In this document: positions 1 to 13,034 of the stretch, piece after piece | Numbering within the stretch: the first letter of the stretch is position 1 | Layout of the letters: every line of letters begins with the position of its first letter | Assembly: GCA_964016885.1 (NCBI GenBank) | Contig: OZ024740.1 | Coordinates: 124,496,001-124,560,000, forward strand | Direction of reading: 5' to 3' | Length of the DNA stretch: 64,000 nt | DNA from: Eledone cirrhosa | Taxonomy: Eukaryota | Translations under genes and position numbers: made by a program | The notes under the pieces: model-generated | Told to the model about the DNA's origin: nothing | Database searches by the model: none | Seen by the model: only the letters and a program-made list of their open reading frames with translations

Positions 1-1399
1 TTTAATATTCAATAGTACTACAAGGTTTAGAATTAAAGCTAACAGCAACATTTTTCCAATAAACATTACAGCTGACATGCAAATATAACTTTCAGCAAAA
101 TTTTCAGATAAGATCCATATGGATTTCTATCATGTTATCCTTGAAATACTAAGAGAACAAAGCTTTATCTAAAGACAGGACCAAACCCAGAAGCTATGAT
201 TCAAGTATATTACACTTCATACACTTATAAACCATTGAAGAGGGTTATAATAAATTGTGTGACTGTGTGAAATTAGCTTTCTATCCATGTAAGCATATGC
301 ATATTCATTTCAATATGTATGTGTGTGTATATGTATGTATGGATGGATGAATACATATACTCACACCTACCCACTCCTACACATACACATATATATATAT
401 ATATACATATATTCATACATGTGTATGGGTATATAGCATATATACTCATATATAAGTCAATCTGTATATAAGCATATATATATATATATATATATAATAG
501 GTGCTTTAGTAGATTCATGGTTTACTGAGGAATGTACCAAAATCAGCATTCTATGCTAAGGCAGAGTGTATATATTAAAAACAAAGTGAGGTTTCACATT
601 GAGGTCTTTATTGATTATACACAGCTATGCCCATTACACAGAAGGGTGGCTCAGGATATATGTAAAAGCTATAAATCTAAGCAAAGCTCATATCTCATCT
701 GACTGCATCCCATACCAAAGAATGTAGAAACCTATCAAATATGGGTGTTGACCTATCACTGCACACAGAGAGTCACACATCCAATAATGCTTCCACACAC
801 ATACACACGCACATATATATATATATATACACACTCATGCATATATATATATATATATACATGCATATACATAGAGTATGCAATGCTGAGACCATACACA
901 CATACATATACTGTATACACACATATATATATACACACATATATATATACACACACAGATACCAAAGTACACACATATGCACACATGTACACGTACTTTC
1001 ATGTATACACACATGCACTCTTTTATGTAGACTCACAAACATGCAGTCACATAGCTTTGCGGAGTGTGTGTGTGTGTGTGTGGGGGGGGGTCCGATGGCA
1101 AGATGGCAGTGGGGGGATGTATAGGCGAAGGGGTCTTCTGCTACAAAGGCATTCAATGCCAGATGCAAAAACAACACCATCCCCACTGGTGATGACAGTA
1201 GCAGATCCACCACCATCCCACGAATGAGCACAACAGTAAAAGTTAATTTGTACACTTACCTTGGTCAGGTGTCAGTCTTTTTGCTTTGTTTAGAGCAGAT
1301 CAGACCCACATCACCCCAGCTCCATGCCCTCCATCATCTCACAAAAAACATAAACAATAGAATAACCATAATAATGATGATAATAATGATCATAATTAT

Positions 1400-1730
1400 A
1401 ATGATGATAATAAAGAGAGAAATCAGGAAATTATGGAGAATCAGACAAGTAGAAGTGGGATCGATTGTGGTTGGTACACTGGGAGCAGTTAGTAAAATGT
1501 TGGATGCATGACTTGAGATGCTAGGAATTACCATCAGGACAGGATTGTTGGAGAAAACAGCCTTGCTAGGAACAGCAAGGTTTCTAAGGAGGGTGTTGAA
1601 AAGTTTAAGGTGAAGGAATGATCCAAATGACCTTTGGCCATTTGCTATGGCTTGCTCTTTTGGTATAGTGTCTGTATAACATCTGCCAGAGCAAAAACAT
1701 TACAACTTATAATAATAATAATGTTTATAA
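1400..1730 (+). mobile_element. 3' fragment of R4/Dong-like non-LTR retrotransposon (end of RLE domain + 3' UTR + (TAA)n tail)
   Basis: Translation EIRKLWRIRQVEVGSIVVGTLGAVSK...LLEKTALLGTARFLRRVL resembles the RLE C-terminus of R4-clade LINEs; flanked by (TAA)n. Confidence 0.7.
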
Positions 1731-1751
1731 TGATGATAGTAATATCTTACT

Positions 1752-1925
1752 CATCATCATCATCATCATTTCATTTTACGTCCACTTTTCCCTGCTTGCA
1801 AGGGTGGGACGGGAACTGATTCTGGCTTGATTTCTACAGCTGGATGCCCTTCCTAACACTAACCTCATTTACAGTGAGTGCTAGGTGCTTTTTTGCCATG
1901 GCACCTCCACGACCACTTTGACTGG
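1752..1925 (-). mobile_element. RTE-LINE 3' tail fragment with (ATG)n tail
   Basis: Homologous to 63517-63790 and to the 3' UTR of 59550-59930 (tttctacagctggatgcccttcctaacac). Confidence 0.75.
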
Positions 1926-1929
1926 GGTC

Positions 1930-2080
1930 CCTATCATCTCATTTCTACAGCTGAGTAAACTGGAGCAATGTGAAATAAAGTGCCTTGCTCAAAGAAACAA
2001 CACATCACCCAGTCTGAGAATTGAACTCACAACCTTTCGATTGCAAGGCCAATGCTCTAACCACTAAGCCATGTGCCTCC
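1930..2080 (-). mobile_element. tRNA-derived SINE
   Basis: Reverse complement gtggttagagcattggccttgcaatcg...gagttcaattc has A/B-box-like motifs and a ttgagcaaggcacttta core; homologous to 12655-12990. Confidence 0.7.
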
Positions 2081-2329
2081 ATTGAAGAAAGGTAATCTAT
2101 AGCAGAGGATAAGGGTGAAGAAATTTGTGGCAACCCACAGAAACAGAGTAGAGATGATCTGTCTGGTGAGAGAAATGTAGATGGTATGGAAGACAATGTA
2201 ATTATGGAAAATATGACATGTGAACAAAAAGCAATGAATAACAGAATAAAGGCAATATTACAGGATTAGTCCGAAAAGAGAAAAGGGAGATTAGAAATGA
2301 AAGAAAAAAGAAAGAAAGAAATATAGAGC

Positions 2330-3800
2330 ACTAGAAAGTATGGCAATGAAAGAAAGAGCCAATATTTCTAATAGAGGAACTCGAGAAACATCTTGTTGCA
2401 AAAAAAACAAAAAACAAAAGCAAAGATAGCTAGATATGAACAAAGAATAAAACAATATAAGCAAAATAGACTATTCAGAGTAGACCAAAAGAGATTTTAC
2501 TGAGAAATAAATGGAGAATGTATAGATGAATTGATTATACTGGATAACATTGAAAGTCAAAAGTTTTGGAGCAACATTTGGAGTAAAGAGAAGGATGCTG
2601 AATGATTAGAAGAACTTAAACAAACAATAAACAACAGTTTGCCCTCAGCAGGCAGAACTAGTCATTTCACTTAGGAACAGGAAAAATGCCAGAAAAAGGA
2701 TGATCAGTTGGAAGTCAATGTTATGAATGAATAACTCAACAAGTCAACACATTGCTAAATGCTGATCAAGTGATATCGGGGTGGCTGACAAAGGGTAGGT
2801 CAGTTTTATGCTTAAATATATCATTAAAGGGAATGCAGTAGACAACTACATACCTACTACTTAAGTGGAAATTATTGACTGGAATAATCACAGAATCAAT
2901 GTACAGGCATCTTGAAACAAATGGAGTTCTACCAGATGAGCAGAATGGGGGGAAAGCATAAGTGTAGAGGTACAAAGTACCAGCATTTGATATATAAAAC
3001 TATATTTAAGGATAGCAAGAGGAGGAAAACGAGCTTGACCAAGGCATGGATCGATTACAGCAAAGCCTATGATATGATTTTGCACTCTTGGATTATTGAA
3101 TGCATTAACTTATTTGATATTGCATCAAATGTTGAGTGATTTTTAAGGAAAATTATAAAAGAGTGGAAGACTGAAGTGACAGCATATGGAAGAAATTTAG
3201 GAACAATAGAAATCATGAAAGGTATATTCAAAGGAGACAGCCTGTCACCAATGATGTTTGTATGTTTGTACTGTGCAATAATCTTTAGAAAAGCTAAGGC
3301 TAGGTATAAATTCAAAAATCAACCATTTATTATTCATGGATGAACTCAAGCCTTATGGGAAGAATGAATCCTACGTTGGTTCCCTGATTGATACAGTGTA
3401 TACATTTAGTGCTGACATCAGAAAGGAGTGTAATGAGTTAATCTTGAACAGAGGCAAAATTAAAATAATTATGGCATTGATGCTGCCATCAGGAAAGGTT
3501 ATGAAGCAAACAGAAAGGGAAGGTTTACTTATGGATAGTGGAAGTTGATAAGGTAATGCAGGAGGAAATGTAAGAAAAATTTAAGGTGAAATAATTGCAC
3601 AGACTGAGAATTATTTTCAAGAAAACACACAGCACAAGTATTTAGAGATGGATGAAACTGAAAGTAGATGGACAAAAAAAAGAATGTATGGATAATTCCA
3701 TAGAGATATTGAAGATAGGACAGACAGAGAAAAGGTGTAATTATGGATGGCTGAAAGTGATCTAAAACCAGAAACAGGGCTGATAAAAAGGTATGCAATG
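2330..3800 (+). pseudogene. Decayed RT region of R4/Dong-like LINE
   Basis: Fragments QNRLFRVDQKRFY, FWSNIW, AWIDYSKAYDMILHSWI, GIFKGDSLSP, LFMDELK with stops and frameshifts. Confidence 0.75.
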
Positions 3801-4918
3801 AAGAAGGAACACATTTTCTATTCTGTTTGTTTCATCGTAATCCTGTAATCTTATGAAACTAATTCTAGAATTAAAACCTAATTAAATCACTTAAGTATTG
3901 CATCATGATTGGATGATGAAGCTGGGGCATCAAAATACATAGAGAATTTTTGCAGGATTAAAATTCTAAAGGAAAATTCCTGTCAGGCCTTCTGCTGTTT
4001 ATAATGAATATATATATATATATATGATCATATAAACTCGTATAAACACCTGAAGATAGGTCACTAATTTGATGCCTCTTATATTCTGGAGGTGTGGTCC
4101 AATTTGGTCCTTGAAACCTATATATATTTAAAAACATCTTCATTGTGTTTGACGAAAAATAATTTTAAATATATTTTTTCCATTACTGAGATCATTTGAT
4201 AGTAAAGTATTCTTTTACCAGAGTAAAGAGTATTTATATATTTTTGACGACATGATTTCATTTGTGTTGAATTATATTGATAATAATCTTATTTGTGTTG
4301 TATAGCTTATGTACTTATACATGATAAATATCCTTTCAATTTCTGAGAGTTTTTCCACCACTTGGTATCAGGTTGCTTTGAAAATTTACTCAATGGACAG
4401 GAGACTCAATAGAAGATTTTTCACATCTCTTTGGATTCGATTACGAATTAACACGAGAGAGTTTGACTCCAAGGCGCCAACATTTTTAATATCGAGTCAA
4501 GCGCTTTAACAATTAGCAACAATGTTGTTATTGGATATCAACAGAAATGAAAGTGTAAGTAGAGAAAGTTTGCTGGAGCAGGCTGAAAGAATCTCATTGA
4601 ACAGAACAACTTAAACCTTTATTTATTTTCCTATTTGCAGTTCTTGTTTATTCTTTTGCTTTTAGTTGTTCTTTGTATTGTGGCTGCTTTTCTATTGTAA
4701 TGTGTAGTATTATTGATTGTCAATAATATCCCTCACACCCATTTTACAGAGTGTCACATTAAGGAACACAAGCCAACAATACTTTTCATTAGAAGTATAA
4801 AATATATATATAATAAAATAAAATCTATATCTAGATTACGTATCCAATTTCCGAGAGAAATTCTTTAAGTATATATATATATATATATTATGTATGTATG
4901 TGTATGTATATGTGTATG

Positions 4919-5004
<86 letters not shown>

Positions 5005-5204
5005 CTCTAAGATAGAAAGTGAGGAGGGTTGAAAATGAATGGAGATTGGGAATCTTGCTTTTGTGTATTGGTTTTAGCTGTGTGCTTGCATTTATGCTAG
5101 GATACCACTGCATGCATATTTATGTATATGCCTTTAGTTATGCCATTCTGGAAAAGCAATAGCCATAGCTGAATTTAGCTGAAATATGCAATAATACACA
5201 AACC

Positions 5205-5360
5205 TTGGGAATGGCCATGTGGTTAAGAGGTTTTCAATTCAAAATTATGAGGTTCTAGTTTCGATTCCACTGAGCCTCACCTTTGGAAAGTAATGTTAAA
5301 CTTAACCTTTAGTTGACCCAAGCCTTGTGACTAAATCATAGTTGACAGAGAATGTATTAG
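5205..5360 (+). mobile_element. Degenerate tRNA-derived SINE
   Basis: gtggttaagag...gtttcgattcc A/B-box-like head followed by ccaagccttgtg body. Confidence 0.5.
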
Positions 5361-5799
5361 TATGTATGGTAGAATCTATATATTTTTATGTGATAGACTT
5401 AATACATTGCTTGGTTAAACACTTCCTCATGGCCCTAGGGTATCTTTAGTAAAGTGCAGTCTATTACATTAAGTCTCACATCTGAAGAGACAGCACATCA
5501 TTGTTTCCTTCTCCACAGCCCACCCCATCCTAATCTGCAAGACCCCTCACAGAAGGCTCTGGAAACTGATCGCTGATCTCAATGATAGAGCAACAGTCTG
5601 ACATGCAAGAAGAAGATGGTCATGGTTGCTGTCATTCCTTCTTTCGTATGCTTCAAAATAATTCTAATATCAACCTATAGATATTCTCTAAGTAAGAACC
5701 TCAAATTAAGCAATTTATTGCATTATTTCCAATTACCATGTGTGTAGGTTATATGACTAAAGTGAGAATTAAGTGTTTGTGCCTACTATTAAGTATGGT

Positions 5800-6140
5800 C
5801 ATGAATCTTAGTTAATGACCAAATGAATATGATTGTGAATACAACCAGTCAAAATGGTGTTCCTCCAAAACTCTTTGGAGTAATGTTAACCAATAGAGTG
5901 TGTAACTCAGAGACCAAGTAGTCTTTCCAGGTAGAGGTACTACGTCTCCGTATTGGGAGAACACTGCTCTGGAACTGCAGATATGTGGTTAGAATGTTTT
6001 TGGACATATTTAATGGGTAAAGTCAACAGAGAGGAGACCTAAAGATAAACCCTGAGTAAGATGGTTGGATAACATCCATGATTAGGTTTGTAGAAGAATA
6101 TCTGGCAGTCATAAGCAAGAAGAAGAAGAAATATAGATAA
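5800..6140 (+). mobile_element. Old RTE/Expander-like LINE 3' fragment
   Basis: Homologous to 53220-53520 (ctttggagtaatgtta..., agatatgtggttagaatg). Confidence 0.6.
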
Positions 6141-6299
6141 CTAGGTGCTACATTATCTGGCAAGGTTGTTTTATGCAAAGAAATAGGTAAGGACTTTTAT
6201 ATTTAGTGCCTCTATAAAATAGATTTATATTTTAAATATTATTTTCATTTTCAATAGAGAGGTACATAAATTCAAATTTGAAATTTGGACCAATTTGAT

Positions 6300-6353
<54 letters not shown>

Positions 6354-6860
6354 ACTTACTCTTACGTGTGAGTAGTGGATTTTTCCTGGTAAGTAGGAAC
6401 AGTTTCTAAGTTTGCGTGTATATGTGTGAGTACATATATATATATGCGTGTGTGTCTATGACCAGTGTATATAGGTCACTGACACCCATATATGTAAATA
6501 CACACACACACACACATGTATATATACACACACAAATGTGTATATATATCTTTAAGTCGTTTGGAAGCCTCGACAATGCAAATGGGTAAATCTTCGGGTA
6601 ACAAGGTCCGGTGGTGGAGAGAGAGATGTAAGTGGGTGTACGTTGAGATGCGTGTTGTGTATAAGATGTGTAGAATGAAGGGAAGAGTATAAAGGATAAA
6701 ATAAAAATAACAACACAAGAGAAAGTTACCTTGGGAGAGATTTAATAGTCCCTATATATTTCGGATTCACATCCAACAACTGGGGTTTTTTCCGGGGTGG
6801 GGGAAAAGGTTGTCTGTCGGACAAGTCCGGAACGCGTACTTCGCTGTTTGTTGTTTTGAA

Positions 6861-7335
6861 TATGCCACACCTGGGCGAGAAAACCACCAACGCTATCCGC
6901 AAGGCTATACGGAGGGAGGGCCTCGACATCCACCTGGCCCACTCGGGCCCCTCCTTGCGAAGATGCCTCTCCAGGAAACCCGAAAAATCTACTGACGCAT
7001 GCTCCCTGAGAGACTGCCCGATACGCCATGCGAACTGTTGCCCACGCACATACGTTGTGTATAAGATAGAATGTGACAGGTGCAACCAATACTACATAGG
7101 TAGCACAATTCGACCTTTGCACATCCGGATCAAGGAACACACTAAAACCAGGGCCTCGTCTTTCCGGAAACACATAGACAAATGCGGAAACAAAGACGGA
7201 AGGCCCATTGTCACAATTCTAGCGACTGAAAGAAACGTCGGCACGTTACGTATCAAGGAAGCGCTTTTTATCAAACGACTGCAACCGCAAATAAACAACC
7301 GATCAGAGAGAAGCGAAATGAGATGGCTGGTTTAA
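6861..7335 (+). pseudogene. PLE C-terminal GIY-YIG endonuclease (5'-truncated ORF)
   Basis: CSLRDCP..CC..YVVYKIECDRCNQYYIGSTIRPLHIRIKEH...RKH...KEALFIKRLQPQINN, the PLE GIY-YIG signature. Confidence 0.9.
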
Positions 7336-7699
7336 GTTAACAAGCGATGCAACAACACACAACACATGCACACACACACACACAAACGAGACAACTACAC
7401 ACACACACGCACACAGTAGCATTCCACCATACGAACATACTACACTGCCAATACAGAGGAACAAGGCAACAACACACGCACACACACACACACAGTAACA
7501 TTTAACAAACAGGCAGAAAATGGACTGACAGCTAGCGCCATCCCACTCCCTCATTCGGCCGCTGACCTCTGTACGACCGACCCCATTTCACGCGCACGCG
7601 CGCTCTGCCGAATACCTCAGATATTCAAAACAACAAACAGCGAAGGACGCGTTCCGGACTTGTCCGACAGACAACCTTTTCCCCCACCCCGGAAAAAAC

Positions 7700-7735
7700 C
7701 CCCAGTTGATGGATGTGAATCCGAAATATATAGGG
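7700..7735 (+). ncRNA. Minimal type-I HHR-like motif with variant core CAGUUGA (copies at 6750-6785 minus and 31862-31897 plus)
   Basis: ccc-CAGTTGA-t-ggat[gtga]atcc-GAAA-t[at]a-TA-ggg, located in the pLTR. Confidence 0.55.
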
Positions 7736-7992
7736 ACTATTAAATCTCTCCCAAGGTAACTCTCTCTTGTGTTGTTATTTTTATTTTATCCTTTATACTC
7801 TTCCCTTCATTCTACACATCTCACATATCTTATACACAACACGCATCTCAACGTACACCCACTTACATCTCTCTCTCCACCACCGGACCTTGTTACCCGG
7901 AGATTTACCCATTTGCATTGTCGAGGCTTCCAAACGACTTAAAGATATTTACTTATTGTTCCACAATGCTTCAATCAAACTTCAATACTCCC

Positions 7993-8024
<32 letters not shown>

Positions 8025-8026
<2 letters not shown>

Positions 8027-8661
8027 TCATCATCATCATCATCATCACCGTTTAACGTCCGTGTTCCACGCTTGCATGGGTTTGGACGGGGGTAGTCCCA
8101 CTTGAGGCAAGAGTGATTGTCTTGCTCGCATAGGACTGTCTGGCAGGTTTTCTACAGTTGGATGCCCTTCCTAACACCAACCACATTTACAGTGTGGGTC
8201 TGGGAGGTTTTTACCGTGTTGCCTACACGGCCACATTACAGCGTGGACTGTGTGTTTTTTTGTCGTGACACCTACACGATCTCATTTGTTTCGGCCTGGA
8301 TGGTGTGGCACCAACACAACTTTACATAGAACGGGATGGCGTGGATGGGTTGGGGGGCGGTGGGACGGGGGGGGGGGGGGGTGTATTTTGTTAGATGCCT
8401 ACTGGCTGTAGTAGGTTTTACTATGTATTTAGGTAAGGCGGGTCTTCTCTGTTACTGAGTACCGCCAAAGGTCTCGGTCCAGTGACATTGTCTTGGAGAG
8501 GTGTAAGTGTGTGAGGTTGGAGTTTATCAGCTCGTCCCAGGTTTTTCTAGGTCTGCCTATTCCGTGGCTACCGTCTATCTTTATTGCCCTGCACTTTGTT
8601 ATGCAGCTATCGACTTTCATGCGCATCACGTGTCCATACCAACGTAGCCTTCTCTCGAGTA

Positions 8662-8668
<7 letters not shown>
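8025..8668 (-). mobile_element. RTE LINE, 5'-truncated copy
   Basis: [12 protein letters not shown]...GRPRKTW C-terminus, 3' UTR and (ATG)n tail; near-identical to 59550-60170. Confidence 0.9.
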
Positions 8669-8734
<66 letters not shown>

Positions 8735-8738
8735 CATG

Positions 8739-8775
<37 letters not shown>

Positions 8776-9039
8776 CTTCCAATATCATTTTACATTATAT
8801 ACATGTCAGTGTATATTATAATTATTTAAAAATTATTTTTAAGTGAACATGATTCTAAAATAATATTTTAAAGTGAACGTGATGGAACAGGTCAGTGGTG
8901 GTCTAGTATGTAATAAAATCTCCATCTGTGCCTAGGTTTTCTCCAGCTTGTTTTAAGGTAGTGGTCTGGGGAGTAGGACGTTTTCTCTGATATATATATA
9001 TTTATTTAACGTTGAAAGAGATAGAAGAGATACAATTAT

Positions 9040-9600
9040 AACAATGATTTTCAAAATATCATTGTCAACCCCTGCTACAGCCATGCATTTCTCCTCACAG
9101 ATCTTGACACCTGTATCTGACAAGCTGCTGAGAAGATATGCAACATCCAGTTCGATGATTCCAGATGGCAACAGTCCACCTTACTGCCAGATATGGTGGC
9201 CTTGGTCTCCGGTCTCCAGGACCACTGGTCCTGTTGGTGTTTATTTCATCAATGACTTCTTACTGTGTCCTCATGAAGAGGGTTCTTCACTATACAGCTA
9301 AACCTACAGTGATGAAGGAATGCAAGGGCGTCTATACAACATGGCACCATCTTGGCTTCCCTCACCACTCAGACGCCCCATCTTCCTCTACTCTTCGTAG
9401 ACATCCAGTTCCCCCAAAAGAAAACAGACACCATCCAGTACAACATGACCTTGGACAGGCTGGTGCTCTGGCTTGACCCGTACGATCTGCAATGTTTTTG
9501 CTCAGCCTCCCATCTCCACCGTGTTGCCAGGCACAGTACAGTACCATCACTTTTGACTGGCACTCCCTCATATCTTCCTTGATATCCTTCAGAGCAGTGT
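9040..9600 (+). pseudogene. Possible CRE/R2-like LINE thumb fossil
   Basis: HLTARYGGLGLRS resembles the LPxRxGGLGxxS motif; otherwise heavily decayed. Confidence 0.4.
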
Positions 9601-9719
9601 CTTCTCCATCTTGTCTGATGGAACCACGAGGTAATGATTTATATTAATAAATGATGTGAGCTTTTATTATGATAAATCAGGATAATATTCATATACTTCG
9701 TCAATTGCTCAATGTTTTA

Positions 9720-10260
9720 TCCAAATTAAACTGAAAGATTTCATCATGGATTAAAACATATGAAAGGATTCTCAAGGCTGAAGGAAAAGAGTTTACTTCA
9801 TTCTGGAAACAAGATTATGTTTCATCACAGCAGAAACAAATACTGCTATTATTCCCTAAGGACAACAAACTAGTATTCTGAAATGCTACAGGTTTTCTTG
9901 GAAAAAGTGGGACTATCAAAATGCATGCCAAATAAATGGAAACTTTTCATCAATAGTTCCAAACACAGTTTAGTTGTATCCTTTCTTACAACAACAAAGA
10001 CTTATAGCTCATTTCCAGTTTCTCACCAGTATGAAAAAGGAGTGTCAAAAAATAACTCTAGTCTTAGAGGAAATGATGTATAAAGATCATAAATAGAAAA
10101 TTTGTTTACACCTAAAGATGGTGAATTTTTGCCTTAGTCAACAAAGTGGCTATATGAAATATCTATGCTTTTTATGTATTTTGGTCAGTAGAGCTGAAGC
10201 TGACTACTGAATAAGTAAAAAGTGGTCTTTGAGAGAAGATATATTAATTGAGGAATAGTG
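9720..10260 (+). pseudogene. Decayed DNA-transposase fragment, Chapaev3 (CMC)-like
   Basis: KWKLFINSSKHSL and LKMVNFCLSQQSGYMKYLCFLCILVSRA resemble the WxLFIDSSKxSL and DLK..LLGxQxGYTKYxCFLCxWDSRA motifs; family assigned from memory. Confidence 0.6.
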
Positions 10261-12654
10261 AATCTAAAAAAGAAATGTGGAGCGTAAACTTACCAAATAT
10301 ATATGTCACCATTCTGGAAGCAAAATATGAAATACATTCATTTGTAATGTCTATAATGATATGAGAAAATATATAGGTAATGCTCAGAATTAGATTAGAT
10401 ACAGATAGCTCTAGTAGACAAAATACACACTCATTTGACTATAATATTTTGATATGAAAACAAAATGATAAGCTTAGTAATTAAAAGTAAAAAGAAAATG
10501 GAACAAATGAAACACAAAAATATAATTGTTGTAAGTATACAAAATACAAAATAAAAAAAAATTATAAATACAATTTAACAACTCATTTTCTAATGCTGTT
10601 AAACAATTCACCAAAAAAAAAACAAATCTATATCGATAATTTTGAAAATGATATTCTTTTGCAAATTTTTAATCTTCTTATGAGAGAAAACATTTACAAT
10701 TTTTCAGAAAAAAATATAAAAAACATTTTTTTTTATAGATAATATATCATAATAGTATTAGAGCTGCATCTGCTCCTATCCCACTCAGAAAGTAGACTAT
10801 ATAAATATTTTTAACACAAAGAATTAATCAAATAACAAAATAAAATGAAAAGATAAATAAAAATGTTCAAAATTGGATATTCTTGACATCTGGAATAAAA
10901 CTGTTATATATAGAAAATATTTCAAGAAATTTTTCACATGAAAAATAACTTTATATCTTAATATGTAAATGATCATGCCCCATCATCTTAAGAAACAAAA
11001 TCAACACATTGGATCATGTAATTTTGAATAAATTGTCTGAAAATAAAATGGGAGAATCATGGCTAGAAGGATTTGGTCAAATATATCTATTTGATTATAT
11101 ATGAGATTGGATTAAACAAAAACAACATGAGTTGCTCCAACACATGCTTGTCTTGGAAATATTTATGTTAAACAAAATACCTTATTCACACAAACACATG
11201 CACATATGATATGAAATAGGTGTAATGGAATTTAGAGAAGTAATCTGCAAGTGCTATCCATGCCCTCATTATATAATTAGATGTTCATATTGATTAATTT
11301 ATGGATTGGATGCATTACATAAAGTATGCAGTGATGGTTGGGATGTGAGGTCATAGGATACGGAATACAAGAGTTATTAACAATTTGCATTAGCTTTTAG
11401 TTAGTTATCGATCACAACCAACTAATAAAGACTGGAAATTAATGGAATATATCATTTGTAATGTGATAAAAGATCCTAAGATGCAGAAAATATCTTTATT
11501 AAATGGAAATAATAAGACTAATCATTATACCATTACAAATTTATTGATTCTTTACAGAAGAGCTTGAAGTTATCAATGTGAAAAATGTGATGTTGTGATA
11601 TCCATGCCTTTCTAAAATGGGTTCACGTAAATAAGTAAAGGTAAATGAAAAGGAAAAAAGAACTAGAAAATATTTTGCTGAGTTGACATTCCAGAAATAA
11701 TTCTCTTGCCCTTAATTAAACTTATTACAATAGAAAATAGCAGACATTGAAAATAGACAGTTAATGATTTGCTGTTATACTTTTATAATTTTGAAATTCC
11801 TATGCCTAATTAGTACATTCTAAAATGTGCTCAAAGATCGATAATATGCCAAGCATGCAGGAGAGTCTAGTATTTAAAATTAGTACAAAACTTGACAGTT
11901 CCAAACAGAAATTTGGATATGTGTGTGTGAGAATAAGACTAACTCTATTTTTATTTCTATCACCTTGAGGGTTTGAAAAATATATTTCCATATTTATAAA
12001 TGAAATATGGGTGAACATAATAGAAGTGTATCCAGCCACAGAAAGTCTGATTGAAAAAGCTTCATTCAAATATATGTAAAAACAATTCCAGATACTGTTT
12101 ATAGAAGGGAATTTTAGAATACATGGCTAATTGAACGTTATTGAAAAGATTCAAAGATATAGAATATACTTGAAATTGTTGAACCAGATATTTCCAAATT
12201 TCTCAATATATTTTGCCTTCGACAAAATGTCACACATATATTAGAGATTAAGGCTTTTTGAAGGATATAATCGTTTTATTTTCATGACTCATTTTCAAGT
12301 GCATCAGTTTCAATAGAAAATTCAAGCTGGATTGTAAGACATCTTTTACAGGAAAACGACCCCCCCCAAATTAAAGATAGGTTCTAGTATATGATTAATA
12401 ATTATTACATAGAATTGAGCAAGGATGGAAAAGTAAAGTTGACCACAGTGGCTTTGTAATAAGAATGAAAAGGGACTTTAATAAATATTGCAAAAGCCAA
12501 AACACAGCTATTCATGCTAACTAACTATCTTCCTGAATTGGTTAGAATTAATAGTAATATCCAGTTGTTGCTGTCATTGTTATTTAATCCCTATTATCAC
12601 AGGCATTACAACCATGGAAATCCTCTTTATTCTTTAAGTATGCGTGCACACACA

Positions 12655-12990
12655 CACATAGTAGTTAGAGCATTGGGCTTGCAATCGTGAGGTTATGAGT
12701 TCAATTCTCATATCAGGTGATGATTTTTGTCCTTAAGCAAGACACTTTATTTCATATCGTTCCAGTTAACTCAGTAATAAAAATGAGTTGCAACATTGCT
12801 GGTGCTGAGTTATATCGACCTTTGCCTTTCCCTTAGACAACATTAGTGACATGGAGCAAGGAGAGTGGTATGCATGGTCGACTGCTGGTCTTCCATAAAC
12901 AAACTTGCTTGGACTTGTGCCTCTGAAGGGGAACTTTCTTGGCACAAATCCCATGGTTATTTGGGACCAAAGGGGTCTTTACTCTTTATA
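12655..12990 (+). mobile_element. tRNA-derived SINE
   Basis: tagttagagcattgg...gagttcaattc head, tgtccttaagcaagacacttta core; ends at (TA)n. Confidence 0.7.

Positions 12991-13034
<44 letters not shown>

Larger units (their letters stand above)
6548..7995 (+). mobile_element. 5'-truncated PLE (family A) with inverted pseudo-LTR at its 5' end
   Basis: 6548-6863 is the reverse complement of ~7621-7948; the centre encodes GIY-YIG; both ends abut (TA)n. Confidence 0.9.

Noticed and set aside
273-1255. Tyr/Ile/His/Thr-rich ORFs (also at 32406-32968, 35118-35553 and elsewhere)
   Set aside because: Translations of (TA)n/(CA)n microsatellites.
1250-1345. Possible minus-strand exon ending in AAG|GTAAGT
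   Set aside because: No recognisable protein, acceptor or neighbouring exons.
12655-12720. tRNA gene
   Set aside because: Degenerate cloverleaf that continues into a SINE body found elsewhere in the window.
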